From assembly GCA_963846445.1 (NCBI GenBank), contig CAWJWM010000015.1, forward strand, positions 20,043 through 84,042: 64,000 bases of DNA, in the 5' to 3' direction. This DNA comes from an uncultured Verrucomicrobiae bacterium. GTDB taxonomy: Bacteria > Verrucomicrobiota > Verrucomicrobiia > Limisphaerales > J093. The notes below the pieces were generated by a model. That model did no database searches, was not told the DNA's origin, and worked only from the letters and a program-made list of their open reading frames with translations. Below, piece by piece: positions 28,973 through 38,081 of this stretch; the first letter of the stretch is position 1, and every line of letters starts with the position of its first letter. The translations under genes were made by a program, and so were the position numbers.

Positions 28973-29866
28973 TCACGAGCTGGCTGTGGGCGAATCCCAG
29001 TGCGTCGCCGGGGATGTCTTCCCCCCCGGTCTCTCCAGCACCGCATACCACTGTTTCGAGATCCAGCGCCGGGCCGCCATGGTCCGAACGACGCGCAACC
29101 CGGCTGCTTCCACATCCGCAACAAACTGCCTTCTGGGGATGGGAATTCGGTCCGCGGGCGGCCTGCGGCGAAGCCAGTTGCGCAGGCGGAAGACGATCGC
29201 CCCCAAGGACGACTCGCAGAAGAAGGAAACGACGATCGGCCCCCGGCAGATACGGCCCAACTCGCGCAGGCAACGCCGGCGAACCTTCACCTCGCGGAAA
29301 TGATGAAACAGGCGGTTGCACAGAACCGCTTCGAAAGCGTTGTCCTCGAATCCGGTCTCGAAGGCATCTTCCACGCGGAATTCAGTGCCGTCGGCAATGC
29401 CGTGGGCCTCCGCACTTTTCCGAGCCTGTTCGATCATGTGCCGAGATGAATCCGCTTCGGTCACTCGAAAACCCATCTCGACCAGAAGGGGAAGCAGCCG
29501 TCCGGTGCCGGAAGGCAAATCCAACACTCTCGATCCGGCGGCCAGCCCGCTCAGCGCCGCCCGGATGCAAACCACTTCGCGCCGGTGCGTTGCTGTTCCA
29601 CCCAGTGATCGAGCGTATTTCTGGGCCGAAGCCTCGGTGCTGAACCGCTTCCTGGTCTGTTCCGCCGTATCAATCTCCTCACTGAGCACCCTCAGGTTCA
29701 ATCCATCCCTCCGTACCCTGGAGGCGAACTCCCGATGATCGAATCCATCACCCACGCCTGGTGCAGGCTTTGGCCCCGGAAGGCACACCGAGGGTCCGCC
29801 TGGTCGCGCGGCGCCGCCTGCGCTTGCTGGCGCCAGCAGCCAACCGGTCTGTTCTGGCAAACTCAT
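28973..29866 (-). CDS. Class I SAM-dependent methyltransferase
   Basis: Motif I VLDLPSGTGRLLPLLVEMG, then FEAVLCNRLFHH. The start was taken at MSLPEQTGW (29866). It is the first gene of the methyltransferase-ArnT-ArnC operon. Confidence 0.75.
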   Translation of the reverse strand: MSLPEQTGWLLAPASAGGAARPGGPSVCLPGPKPAPGVGDGFDHREFASRVRRDGLNLRVLSEEIDTAEQTRKRFSTEASAQKYARSLGGTATHRREVVCIRAALSGLAAGSRVLDLPSGTGRLLPLLVEMGFRVTEADSSRHMIEQARKSAEAHGIADGTEFRVEDAFETGFEDNAFEAVLCNRLFHHFREVKVRRRCLRELGRICRGPIVVSFFCESSLGAIVFRLRNWLRRRPPADRIPIPRRQFVADVEAAGLRVVRTMAARRWISKQWYAVLERPGGKTSPATHWDSPTASS

Positions 29867-29912
29867 GTTGGCGAAATGTACTCTTCCCGAATGACTGAAC
29901 GCTGATCTCCAC

Positions 29913-29928
29913 ATGACATTTTTGTCAT
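29913..29928. promoter_or_regulatory. Second CusR/CopR-type box (ATGACATTTTTGTCAT)
   Basis: Perfect ATGACA-N4-TGTCAT palindrome with the same core as 22225-22244. It lies 47 nt upstream of the methyltransferase start and about 300 nt upstream of the giant gene start. Confidence 0.5.
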
Positions 29929-30224
29929 TCTCACTGGAATCCTCGCGGCGCGGACGCAGTCGAGTACGGCCTGCCCTTGTTGTGGGTTCAAGGGAGTCGA
30001 TCCGATGGCCCGGGCCTCGAAGAGCACCCGCAGACGCCACGAAGCACGCAACCTGTTACCCGCCCTACAGGCAGGCAGCTTGCAGGCGAAGACCGCGTTC
30101 CCGCAACTCAATCATGTCGCGGAAAACCACTTCGCGTGGACCCATCGGAACTCCCGAGCCGGTGCGGTGTTTTGGCAATGATGGGCTGACATCCAGAACG
30201 AAACCAGATGACCTCAGGAGCTCC

Positions 30225-33200
30225 ATGAAACTGTATCTTCCCTGTTCGCCTCGGCAGTGGCCACTGATTTGGTTTCTGCTCGCTGGCCAGTTCCTGGCGG
30301 CATCTGCCGAGGCCCAGGTTCTGTTGAATGTCGATTTCGGGCCGGGCGCGGCCAGTGCCAAAGTCGGCTTTGCCGCGACGGGCCAGCAGACAAATGACTT
30401 CTGGAATGCCTACGGCCATTATCACCCCAAGTTTCAGCCCGGCCTGCAAGCGGTGCCGGACGGGAGGGCGGAAGGCTTGAGATACGCCGATGCATCGAGT
30501 TCGGAGATCACGCTGGCCGTCAGCAATGCGCCCGGTGTTTGGGGGAACGCCACCGGCGACCCGATGCTCGACAGCTACATGTTTGCCCCGAACGGATCGA
30601 ACCTCGTCGTCACCCTGACGGGGTTGGGGGCCGGCCGATATCATTTCTACCTCTACGGTTGGGCGGCGGCGGATGTGGCGGGCGAACAGACGTCGCGCTT
30701 CATCCTGCGCTCGGGAACGAATGTCCTCGGACCTCTGAGCGCAACGGCGCTCGAAGAGCCGCTTTTGCTCTCCTCCGGACGCGGGCGTCTGCCGGTGGTG
30801 GTTCAACGCGACTTCCCCGTCGAGATGAACCAACCGGTGGTGATCGAGGTCGTGCCCGCACCGGGCGGGGTGGCCGTGCTGAACGGGCTGCAGGTGCTGT
30901 CCCGAGGCACCGGCCCGCCCAGGCGGGCGGTTCCCGAGCCGGTGTTGTCTCCTGGGGGCTTCACCAATCTCCTGCTGCATTCGATCAGCTATACCGGCGA
31001 GGTCGCGACGGCCCGCGCTCGGTTCTCGGTCTCGATCCAGGCGGAGTCCGGCACGACTAATCACGTGACGGCGCCGTTGTTCGAGGGCGAGTTGGCTTTG
31101 CTCGACCCCGAGTTGCCTGATGGCTGGCAAATCGTCAAGCAGGGGCGTCAATTCACGCTCCACTCGACCGCCGCAGGCCGCAGCCAGATCGAACTGACTC
31201 TGGTCGCCCGGGTCATTCGAGAAGAGCCGTGGAATGTCGTTCGTTTCACGGGCCCTCCCGCCGCGGCCGCCACGGTCTGGGTCACTTCCGCCGAGCCCAA
31301 CATGGATCTGCAGCTTCTGAGCGGATTCCCGATCGAGGACAACGACGCCAGTCAAGCGGGTGTTCGTGGTGTGGTGGGGGCTGATCGCCAAGTCGCCCTG
31401 CGCTGGCAAGGCAAGGCGATCGAAGCAACCCGCGAAGCCCTGGTCACCGCCGACACCCGCTGCACAGTGGACGCCACGCCGGCGATCATTCGCTTGCTGA
31501 CGACCTTCGCGTGCGAGGTTCTCCAGGGCCGTTGCTCGCAGGTCAGGGTCGCCCTGCCGCCCGGCCAGACGCTGACCAAGTTGACCGGCGACCAGATCAA
31601 GGACTGGCGGGCGGTCGCGGAGGGCGACGCCTCGGTCGTGACGGTGGATTTCATGCGTGCGATGGAAGGTCTCACCACGTTCGAGCTGGTCTCGGAACAG
31701 CCGTTGCCCGCACTGCCGGGCCCCATTGCGTTGCGTCCCCCGCAGCCTCTTGGAATTCAGCGGGAAACAGGTCGCCTCAACGTCCGGACCGAGGACCTGG
31801 TGGCGCGGGTGGACCGGAGCGAAGGGTTATGGCAGGTCAATGCCGATCCGGGCGACTTCGCCGCCTTTCAGTTCAATCAACGTCCGGCGGTGCTCCATCT
31901 GCATCTCTCACCGGTGGAACCGCTGGTGACGGCGGCGGCGCGCGTGCGGGCCGCGATCGAGGAAACGCGGCTGCTCGCCGAGCATCGGTTTGACTTGAAC
32001 GTTTCGCGAGCGGGCATTTACGGCCTGGAATGGGGTGTGCCTCCAGACTGGACGGTGACACAGGTCGAGGGAGAAGGCATCGAGGACTGGCAATCGAGCG
32101 CGGGACAACTGCGGTTGCGGTTTGCCCAACGTCTGCTGGGCCAGCGCGTTCTCACGGTTCATCTCGAACAGGCACTGAACCGCCTCCCCCCGGACATTGC
32201 GTTGACGCCGTTGCGTCTGGCGAGCGCGACGCGCCAAACCGCGCTCATCGGCGTCGGCGCCAGCGCAGGCATTCAACTGAAGACCGGCGTCCTGAGCGGC
32301 TGCCGTGAAATCCCGGTTGGTGCCTTGCCCGAGCGACGGGATGAGTCGCTCGCCTTTCGGGCGGACGCGGGCGATTGGCGGGTCGCCCTCGCGGTCGAGC
32401 GGCTGAGTCCGCGGATCGTGGCTGAGGTGTTCAACCTGGTCACCATCGGCGACGGTCTTGTCGGCGGCGGCGCCACGATCCGGTTTGGCATCGTCAACCA
32501 GGGGGTCCAGCAATTCCGCGTTCGGCTCCCGGCCCACTGGCGCAATGTCGAGTTCACCGGCGCGAACATCCGCCGCAAAGATCGCGAGGGCGACGTCTGG
32601 AGCATCGCTCTGCAGGACAAGGTATGGCGCGGTTACACCCTTGTCGCGACTTATGACTACGCCTTTGACCCGCAGAAAGCGACGCTGGACGCGGGTGGCG
32701 CCCACCCGCTGGACGTGGAACGGGAGACCGGCACCATCGCCATCACCAGCGCCGCCAACCTGGCCCTCGAACCCGCCCCGATCACGGAACCGTTGCGGCG
32801 CATCGATCCTTCCGAGCTGGCGGCGACCGATCGCGCCTTGGTGGCCCGGCCGGTGTTGCTGGCCTACCGCTACGAAGGCTCCGCTTACGCGTTCGAACTT
32901 CACCTCACGCGTCACGAAGAGGTCCCCGTGCTCGATGCCGTGGCGGACCGCGCCCAGTTCACCAGCGTGCTGACCGGGACCGGGGAAATGCTCACCCAGG
33001 CGAGTTTCCTGGTGAAGAACAACGAGCGGTCGCATCAGCGCTTCGAGTTGGCTCCCGACGCGACTCTCTGGGGCGTGACCGTCAACGGCGAACCTGTGCG
33101 CGCTGACCGCGACGGCGATTGGGTGGTTGTGGCCCTGCCGCGCAGCGACAACCGTGACCAAATCTACGCCATCGATCTCAAGTACGCCCAGCAGGTCGGC

Positions 33201-36200
33201 ACCCTCAGCGGCCTGTGGCCCAAGCGCCTCGAACTCACCGCCCCCAAGACCGACCTGCCCGGCACCTACGCCGAGTGGGTGCTTCACGTGCCTGCCTCCC
33301 GCCACGTTTACGGTTTCGCCGGCACCCTCAAGGTCACCGGCGGCACCACCTACGGTTGGCGGGACGGTTGGGATCAGTTCGTCGCGACGTATCGCGGACT
33401 CTGGCACGAGTATGGCGCCGCGCTGATCTTTGGCGCGGGCCTCCTGGCCTTCGTGGTCGCTCTCATCTGGTACGGCAACAAAAAGGGCTTTGGCGGCGTT
33501 GTGACCGTCCTCATCGTCTTCTGTTTCCTCGCCATCCTCGCCGGCATGATGCTGCCCGCCCTCTCGAAGGCCAAGGGCAAAGCCCAGCGCATCAATTCGC
33601 TCAACAACCTCAAACAAATCGGCCTCGCCGCCCGCCTTTACGCAACCGATAACAAGGACCGAATGCCTGACAGCCTCGATGCGATGAAGGGGGAGCTGGG
33701 CACCGACAAAGTGTTGTTCGATCCGGAAACCGGCCAACGGTACACCTACGTCGGCGCGGGCAAGTCCGAAGCCGATCCCAACGCCATCATCGCTTACTCG
33801 CCGGAACGCCCTGGCGGACGACGCGAGGTCGTGTTCGCTGACGGCAGCGTGCAGATCATGTCCGCCGCACAGTTCGCACAGGCCACCGCCCAGGACCAAT
33901 CCGTTCCCATGGATCAGCGGATGCTCGAACGCTACGGGCCCGCCGGGCGTTCCCAGACTGCCGCAGTCCCCGATGCAGCCCAAATCGTGACGGCTGCTCC
34001 CCAGCCGCCCCCACCCCCCCAGGCCCAAGTGCCCACGCCAGTCCAAACACCGGCCGAAGGCGTCGCGACTGCCGTTGAAGGAGTCCCGGGGGTTGCCGGC
34101 GCCATGCCCACGGCGGCTGGCATCAAGTCGATCCGCTTCGATCTTCCCAAGGCTGGACGGGCATACACGTTCACGCGCGTCCTGAGCGTCGAAGAAACAG
34201 CCCCGCGGATCAGCGTGGCCCTGGTGTCCAGTCGGCTCTTCACGTTTGTCCGTGCTGCGGCCCAAGTACTGGCTTTTCTGGTGGGGTTAATGCTCGTCCT
34301 GGTCCACTGGCGGTCGGTGCGTCCCAAGGCGTTCTGGTTGACGGTCGGGGTGGTGCTCGCGGGATTGGCAATCGCCGATCTGCTGATCGCCTGGCGCGTG
34401 TTGCACCTCGCGCTCTCGATGGCTGTTCCCGGCGTGCTGTTCGCGGCGGTGGCGTGGGCGCTCCTGCGCTGGCGCCAACGCGCCACAAACCGCCCACCAC
34501 CTCCCGCGTCCCCGCCTCTGCCCACGCCAGAGGCGGAAGCCTCCGGTCCCGGGGTTGCCTCCGGCGCCACTCTGTTGGTGCTGCTCTTATTCAGTGGATG
34601 GACGGAAGCAGAGGCCGCCACACCGTCGGAGCCCTCCTCGAACCGCGTGGCGATCACACGCCTCGACTTGACCGGCGTCGCGCGACAGCGGGCCGCCCAA
34701 TTCGATGCCACGCTCCTGCTTGTCGCCAACGGCACCGATGCGTCCGCTCCGCTGTTCGGCGCGGACGTTGCCGTCGAGGAATCGACCGTGATTGCCGGGC
34801 AGGCGCAGATCTGGCGGGAGGGCGACCAGTGGAACGTGTTCATGCCGCGCCCCGGCTCGGCGACGGTGCGATTGAAGTTGCTGGCGAAGCTGGGTGGCGA
34901 CCTGGCCAAGCCGGAACTCGATCTGACCTTGCCTCCGGCCCTGGGCGGGCGATTGACGCTTGTGTTGACGGAACCGGACGCCGACGTTGAGTATCCCGAT
35001 GCGCTGGGTTTTACCCGGCGGCTCGAAGGGGAGACGACCGTGGTCGAGGCGGTTTTGGGCGGCACCGGCCGGCTGCGCCTGGGCTGGACCCCCAAACGCA
35101 AGCGCGCCGCCGAGGTCGAAGCCACCGTCTTCGCCAACCAGATCGCCCTCGTCACGCTCGGGGGCGGCGTCATCAGCACTCGCGCGGTGATGGACTGGCA
35201 GGTCAGCCAGGGCGAACTGCGCCAGGTGCTCGTGCGCCTCCCGACGGGCAGTCGGCTGCTGAAGGTCCAAGGCCCGCAAGTGAGTTCCTGGCAGTTGACG
35301 CCCACGAACGCCAGCCTCCTAAGGGTCGATCTCCTCAAGCCCGTTGCCCCGAGTCTGCGTCTCACGCTTGAACTCGAGCAGAGTCTCGAAGCGCTTCCAG
35401 CGAACACGCGGATTGCCCTGCCGGAAGCGCTCGAGGTCAAGCGCCAGACTGGCAGCGTGGGGATCCGGGCCGCAACCGAACTGGGCCTGAGCATCGAGCG
35501 CACGGCCGGGCTCGATCGGGTCGACAACGCCGAGTTCGCTCGAGCAGCCGAAGACGCCCAACTGGCCGTCTTCAGCGCATGGCGCTTCCTCCGACCCGAC
35601 TTCGATCTCGAAGTGAAGGCCGAGTTGCTCCAACCGCGACTTGAAGTGCTCCAGCGCCAACATTTCACCGTCGGCCTCGATCAGACCGACCTCATGAGCC
35701 GGATCGAATACACCGTCACCCGCCTGGGCGTGTTCGCTCTGCGCCTGGGTCTGCCCGCCGAAGGCCGCCTTGACGCGGTCAGCAGCGAGGCCATGCAGAG
35801 TTGGGCTGAACACACCGAAGGCGCCCAGCGTTTCCTCGACCTGACGCTCAAGGAACGCACAATCGGCCGTGTCGAGGTCGAGGTCCACTGGTGTCAGCCT
35901 TTGACAAACCTGCCGCCCGTGTTGGCCCTGGCCGGCCTGCACCCCCTCGACGCGGCCAAGCTCAACGGCTACCTGACCGTATCCGCCGGCGCCGGAGTCG
36001 GGCTGAAGACCACCAACCTGGTCGGGGTGGTCGAAGTTCCCGCGGCGACGGTGCCCGGGTTCACGCCGGCGAACGCAGGCGCGCTGGCCTTCAAGTACTT
36101 GACCACCGAGCCTTCCGCGGAGTCGCCCTGGCGGGTTGCGCTCGCGACGGAGCAGCTCGAATCCTGGGTCCGCGCCGAGATCGTGACGTTTGCAAGCGTC

Positions 36201-37721
36201 GGCGAGACGCTCGTCAGCGGTCAGACCCTGATCCGCTATGAGATCCAAAACGCCCCGACACGCGAGTTGCGCCTCAAGGCACCCCCCGCCTGGCGCAATG
36301 TGGAAATCCTGGGAGCCGGCATCCGTCGACGCGATCATACAGACGGCGAGTGGCGCATCGAACTGCAGAACAAAGTCATGGGGACTTACCGATTGACCGT
36401 GCCCTGGGAAATGCCGCGCGGCGACTCGAACGCGCTGGTGCTCGCGGGTCCTGAGGCGGTCGGCGTCGAACGCGAGACCGGGGCGGTGGGCCTGCTCACA
36501 CAGGGCCAGTTCCAGTTGGCACCGACGGACACTCCCGATCAGTTGTTGCGCATTGACGCCCGCGAGTTGCCAGCCTGGGCGACCGCCGCCCACCCGGGAC
36601 ACCCGGTGCTCAGCTATCGTTACCTGCGGCCCGGCTGGCGGCTGGGCCTTGAAGTGCGCCGTTTCCAGGATGCGGCTGTCCTGCAGGGCCTGGTGGACAG
36701 CGCGCAACTCCGAACGGTCATGGCCGACGATGGCCAGCAAATGACGCAGATGGAGCTGAGCATCCGCAATAACGGACGCCAGAACCTCGCCGTCGCCCTT
36801 CCGCGGGACGCCCGACTCTGGTCCGCATTTGTGGACGGCCAGCCCGTCCGCCCCGCCCGACGCGACGACCAACTCTTGCTCCCGCTGGAACGCCCCACCA
36901 CTGACGACATCCCCATCGCGGTCGAGGTCATCTACGTGGGACGTGTTGATTTCCCCCGCGTGGCGGGCCGGGTCCAGCTCGATTCGCCCTGTCTCGATCT
37001 GCCTCTCAAGGACGCCCGTTGGGAACTGTTTGTGCCTCCGGACTACTCATACCGAAAGTTCGCAGGCACCATGAGCTACGAAAGCGCCGAACTGGTTGCG
37101 GTCAGCCAGGACTTCACCTTCGCCGAGTATCAACGTCAGGAACTGTCGAAACAAGCCAGCTTCGAGGCGCGCGCAGTCGATTTCCTCCAACGCGCCCGGA
37201 CCGAATTCGCCACTGGCAATCTCGACAAGGCCACGCAACTCAAGGGATTCAAAGGCGCGCAGATTCGCGATCAACAGGCCGCCGCCGAGTTGAAACGCCT
37301 CGAAGCCGATGTGAACCGCGCCCAAAGCAGCCAACTGATCGAAGCGCAGCGCAACTACCTCTTCCTCAACGATGCCCGACTCGGTTTGGAGCGGGGTGAC
37401 CTCCGCGCTGAACAGGCCCCCGACCTGTCGAAAGACTACGACGCCCGCGTGGCCGAACAGCAGGTGGCCCAGTTGCAGAAAGCACAAGCCCTCACTGAGA
37501 CGCGCGTCGCTCCCTTGCGCGTCAATCTCCCCACGCGCGGCTTGCGCTACTCGTTCGTGCAAGCGCTTCAGACCGAGCCCAACAAGCCCTTGACCATCCG
37601 CCTGCACGCCCGCAACGAGCGCGAGCGCGGTTGGATTGCCGCCGCCGCTCTCTGGCTTGGCGGGTTTGCTCTCTTATGGATTGTCGCCGCCGTCACCCTG
37701 GCTGCTCGACGAGCCCGCTGA
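30225..37721 (+). CDS. Giant (2,498 aa) envelope protein: signal peptide, N-domain, two paralogous roughly 1,000-aa modules, embedded pilin-like domain, multiple TM segments
   Basis: A single uninterrupted ORF. RBS AGGAG plus ATG at 30225 gives MKLYLPCSPRQWPLIWFLLAGQFLAASAEA. The internal duplication is seen directly, e.g. VERETGTIAITSA / VERETGAVGLLTQ, and FLVKNNERSHQRFELAPDATLWGVTVNGEPV / LSIRNNGRQNLAVALPRDARLWSAFVDGQPV. A pilin-like stretch LAILAGMMLPALSKAKGKAQRINSLNNLKQIGLAARLYATDN...FADGSV lies at nt 33495-33872. Confidence 0.85.
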   Translation: MKLYLPCSPRQWPLIWFLLAGQFLAASAEAQVLLNVDFGPGAASAKVGFAATGQQTNDFWNAYGHYHPKFQPGLQAVPDGRAEGLRYADASSSEITLAVSNAPGVWGNATGDPMLDSYMFAPNGSNLVVTLTGLGAGRYHFYLYGWAAADVAGEQTSRFILRSGTNVLGPLSATALEEPLLLSSGRGRLPVVVQRDFPVEMNQPVVIEVVPAPGGVAVLNGLQVLSRGTGPPRRAVPEPVLSPGGFTNLLLHSISYTGEVATARARFSVSIQAESGTTNHVTAPLFEGELALLDPELPDGWQIVKQGRQFTLHSTAAGRSQIELTLVARVIREEPWNVVRFTGPPAAAATVWVTSAEPNMDLQLLSGFPIEDNDASQAGVRGVVGADRQVALRWQGKAIEATREALVTADTRCTVDATPAIIRLLTTFACEVLQGRCSQVRVALPPGQTLTKLTGDQIKDWRAVAEGDASVVTVDFMRAMEGLTTFELVSEQPLPALPGPIALRPPQPLGIQRETGRLNVRTEDLVARVDRSEGLWQVNADPGDFAAFQFNQRPAVLHLHLSPVEPLVTAAARVRAAIEETRLLAEHRFDLNVSRAGIYGLEWGVPPDWTVTQVEGEGIEDWQSSAGQLRLRFAQRLLGQRVLTVHLEQALNRLPPDIALTPLRLASATRQTALIGVGASAGIQLKTGVLSGCREIPVGALPERRDESLAFRADAGDWRVALAVERLSPRIVAEVFNLVTIGDGLVGGGATIRFGIVNQGVQQFRVRLPAHWRNVEFTGANIRRKDREGDVWSIALQDKVWRGYTLVATYDYAFDPQKATLDAGGAHPLDVERETGTIAITSAANLALEPAPITEPLRRIDPSELAATDRALVARPVLLAYRYEGSAYAFELHLTRHEEVPVLDAVADRAQFTSVLTGTGEMLTQASFLVKNNERSHQRFELAPDATLWGVTVNGEPVRADRDGDWVVVALPRSDNRDQIYAIDLKYAQQVGTLSGLWPKRLELTAPKTDLPGTYAEWVLHVPASRHVYGFAGTLKVTGGTTYGWRDGWDQFVATYRGLWHEYGAALIFGAGLLAFVVALIWYGNKKGFGGVVTVLIVFCFLAILAGMMLPALSKAKGKAQRINSLNNLKQIGLAARLYATDNKDRMPDSLDAMKGELGTDKVLFDPETGQRYTYVGAGKSEADPNAIIAYSPERPGGRREVVFADGSVQIMSAAQFAQATAQDQSVPMDQRMLERYGPAGRSQTAAVPDAAQIVTAAPQPPPPPQAQVPTPVQTPAEGVATAVEGVPGVAGAMPTAAGIKSIRFDLPKAGRAYTFTRVLSVEETAPRISVALVSSRLFTFVRAAAQVLAFLVGLMLVLVHWRSVRPKAFWLTVGVVLAGLAIADLLIAWRVLHLALSMAVPGVLFAAVAWALLRWRQRATNRPPPPASPPLPTPEAEASGPGVASGATLLVLLLFSGWTEAEAATPSEPSSNRVAITRLDLTGVARQRAAQFDATLLLVANGTDASAPLFGADVAVEESTVIAGQAQIWREGDQWNVFMPRPGSATVRLKLLAKLGGDLAKPELDLTLPPALGGRLTLVLTEPDADVEYPDALGFTRRLEGETTVVEAVLGGTGRLRLGWTPKRKRAAEVEATVFANQIALVTLGGGVISTRAVMDWQVSQGELRQVLVRLPTGSRLLKVQGPQVSSWQLTPTNASLLRVDLLKPVAPSLRLTLELEQSLEALPANTRIALPEALEVKRQTGSVGIRAATELGLSIERTAGLDRVDNAEFARAAEDAQLAVFSAWRFLRPDFDLEVKAELLQPRLEVLQRQHFTVGLDQTDLMSRIEYTVTRLGVFALRLGLPAEGRLDAVSSEAMQSWAEHTEGAQRFLDLTLKERTIGRVEVEVHWCQPLTNLPPVLALAGLHPLDAAKLNGYLTVSAGAGVGLKTTNLVGVVEVPAATVPGFTPANAGALAFKYLTTEPSAESPWRVALATEQLESWVRAEIVTFASVGETLVSGQTLIRYEIQNAPTRELRLKAPPAWRNVEILGAGIRRRDHTDGEWRIELQNKVMGTYRLTVPWEMPRGDSNALVLAGPEAVGVERETGAVGLLTQGQFQLAPTDTPDQLLRIDARELPAWATAAHPGHPVLSYRYLRPGWRLGLEVRRFQDAAVLQGLVDSAQLRTVMADDGQQMTQMELSIRNNGRQNLAVALPRDARLWSAFVDGQPVRPARRDDQLLLPLERPTTDDIPIAVEVIYVGRVDFPRVAGRVQLDSPCLDLPLKDARWELFVPPDYSYRKFAGTMSYESAELVAVSQDFTFAEYQRQELSKQASFEARAVDFLQRARTEFATGNLDKATQLKGFKGAQIRDQQAAAELKRLEADVNRAQSSQLIEAQRNYLFLNDARLGLERGDLRAEQAPDLSKDYDARVAEQQVAQLQKAQALTETRVAPLRVNLPTRGLRYSFVQALQTEPNKPLTIRLHARNERERGWIAAAALWLGGFALLWIVAAVTLAARRAR

Positions 37722-37856
37722 TCGGCACGAGCGCGCTTGCTCCCGGCGAGGCTGCGCCTCAGACCAACGAGGCGTGTGACCAGATCGTTTGCGCTTGGCC
37801 TTCCCCAGGTGATCGGCGCGTCCCGCTGAGTCTCCCGTCCGGTCGCCAAAGCCCGA

Positions 37857-38081
37857 TCAAAACTTGAAAACCTCGTTCATGCGACCGCACTGAGGGCAGC
37901 GGGAGAGATCGACATCGGCATCATCGGTATACACGTACCCGCATTGTCCGCAGCGGAAGATGTGGTCTTCCGTCTCGGTCGGACCGAAGCGGCGCCGACG
38001 CAGTTCACAATAGACTGCAATGGCCGCGACCGCGGCCAGCAGCACGAGGACGTAAGAAAAGAGAAGGCGCTCGACGGTCAT
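37857..38081 (-). CDS. Small membrane-anchored zinc-ribbon protein
   Basis: 74 aa: MTVERLLFSYVLVLLAAVAAIAVY (TM), then CGQCGYVY...CPQCGRMNEV (two CxxC pairs). Its ATG overlaps the tonB-like stop (ATGA). Confidence 0.6.
   Translation of the reverse strand: MTVERLLFSYVLVLLAAVAAIAVYCELRRRRFGPTETEDHIFRCGQCGYVYTDDADVDLSRCPQCGRMNEVFKF

Noticed and set aside
31908-36872. Three long minus-strand ORFs (785, 578 and 517 aa) inside the giant gene
   Set aside because: All are antisense shadows of the 7.5-kb plus-strand ORF. That ORF has a signal peptide, TM segments and internally duplicated protein-like sequence, whereas the antisense products are R/G/P/A-rich.
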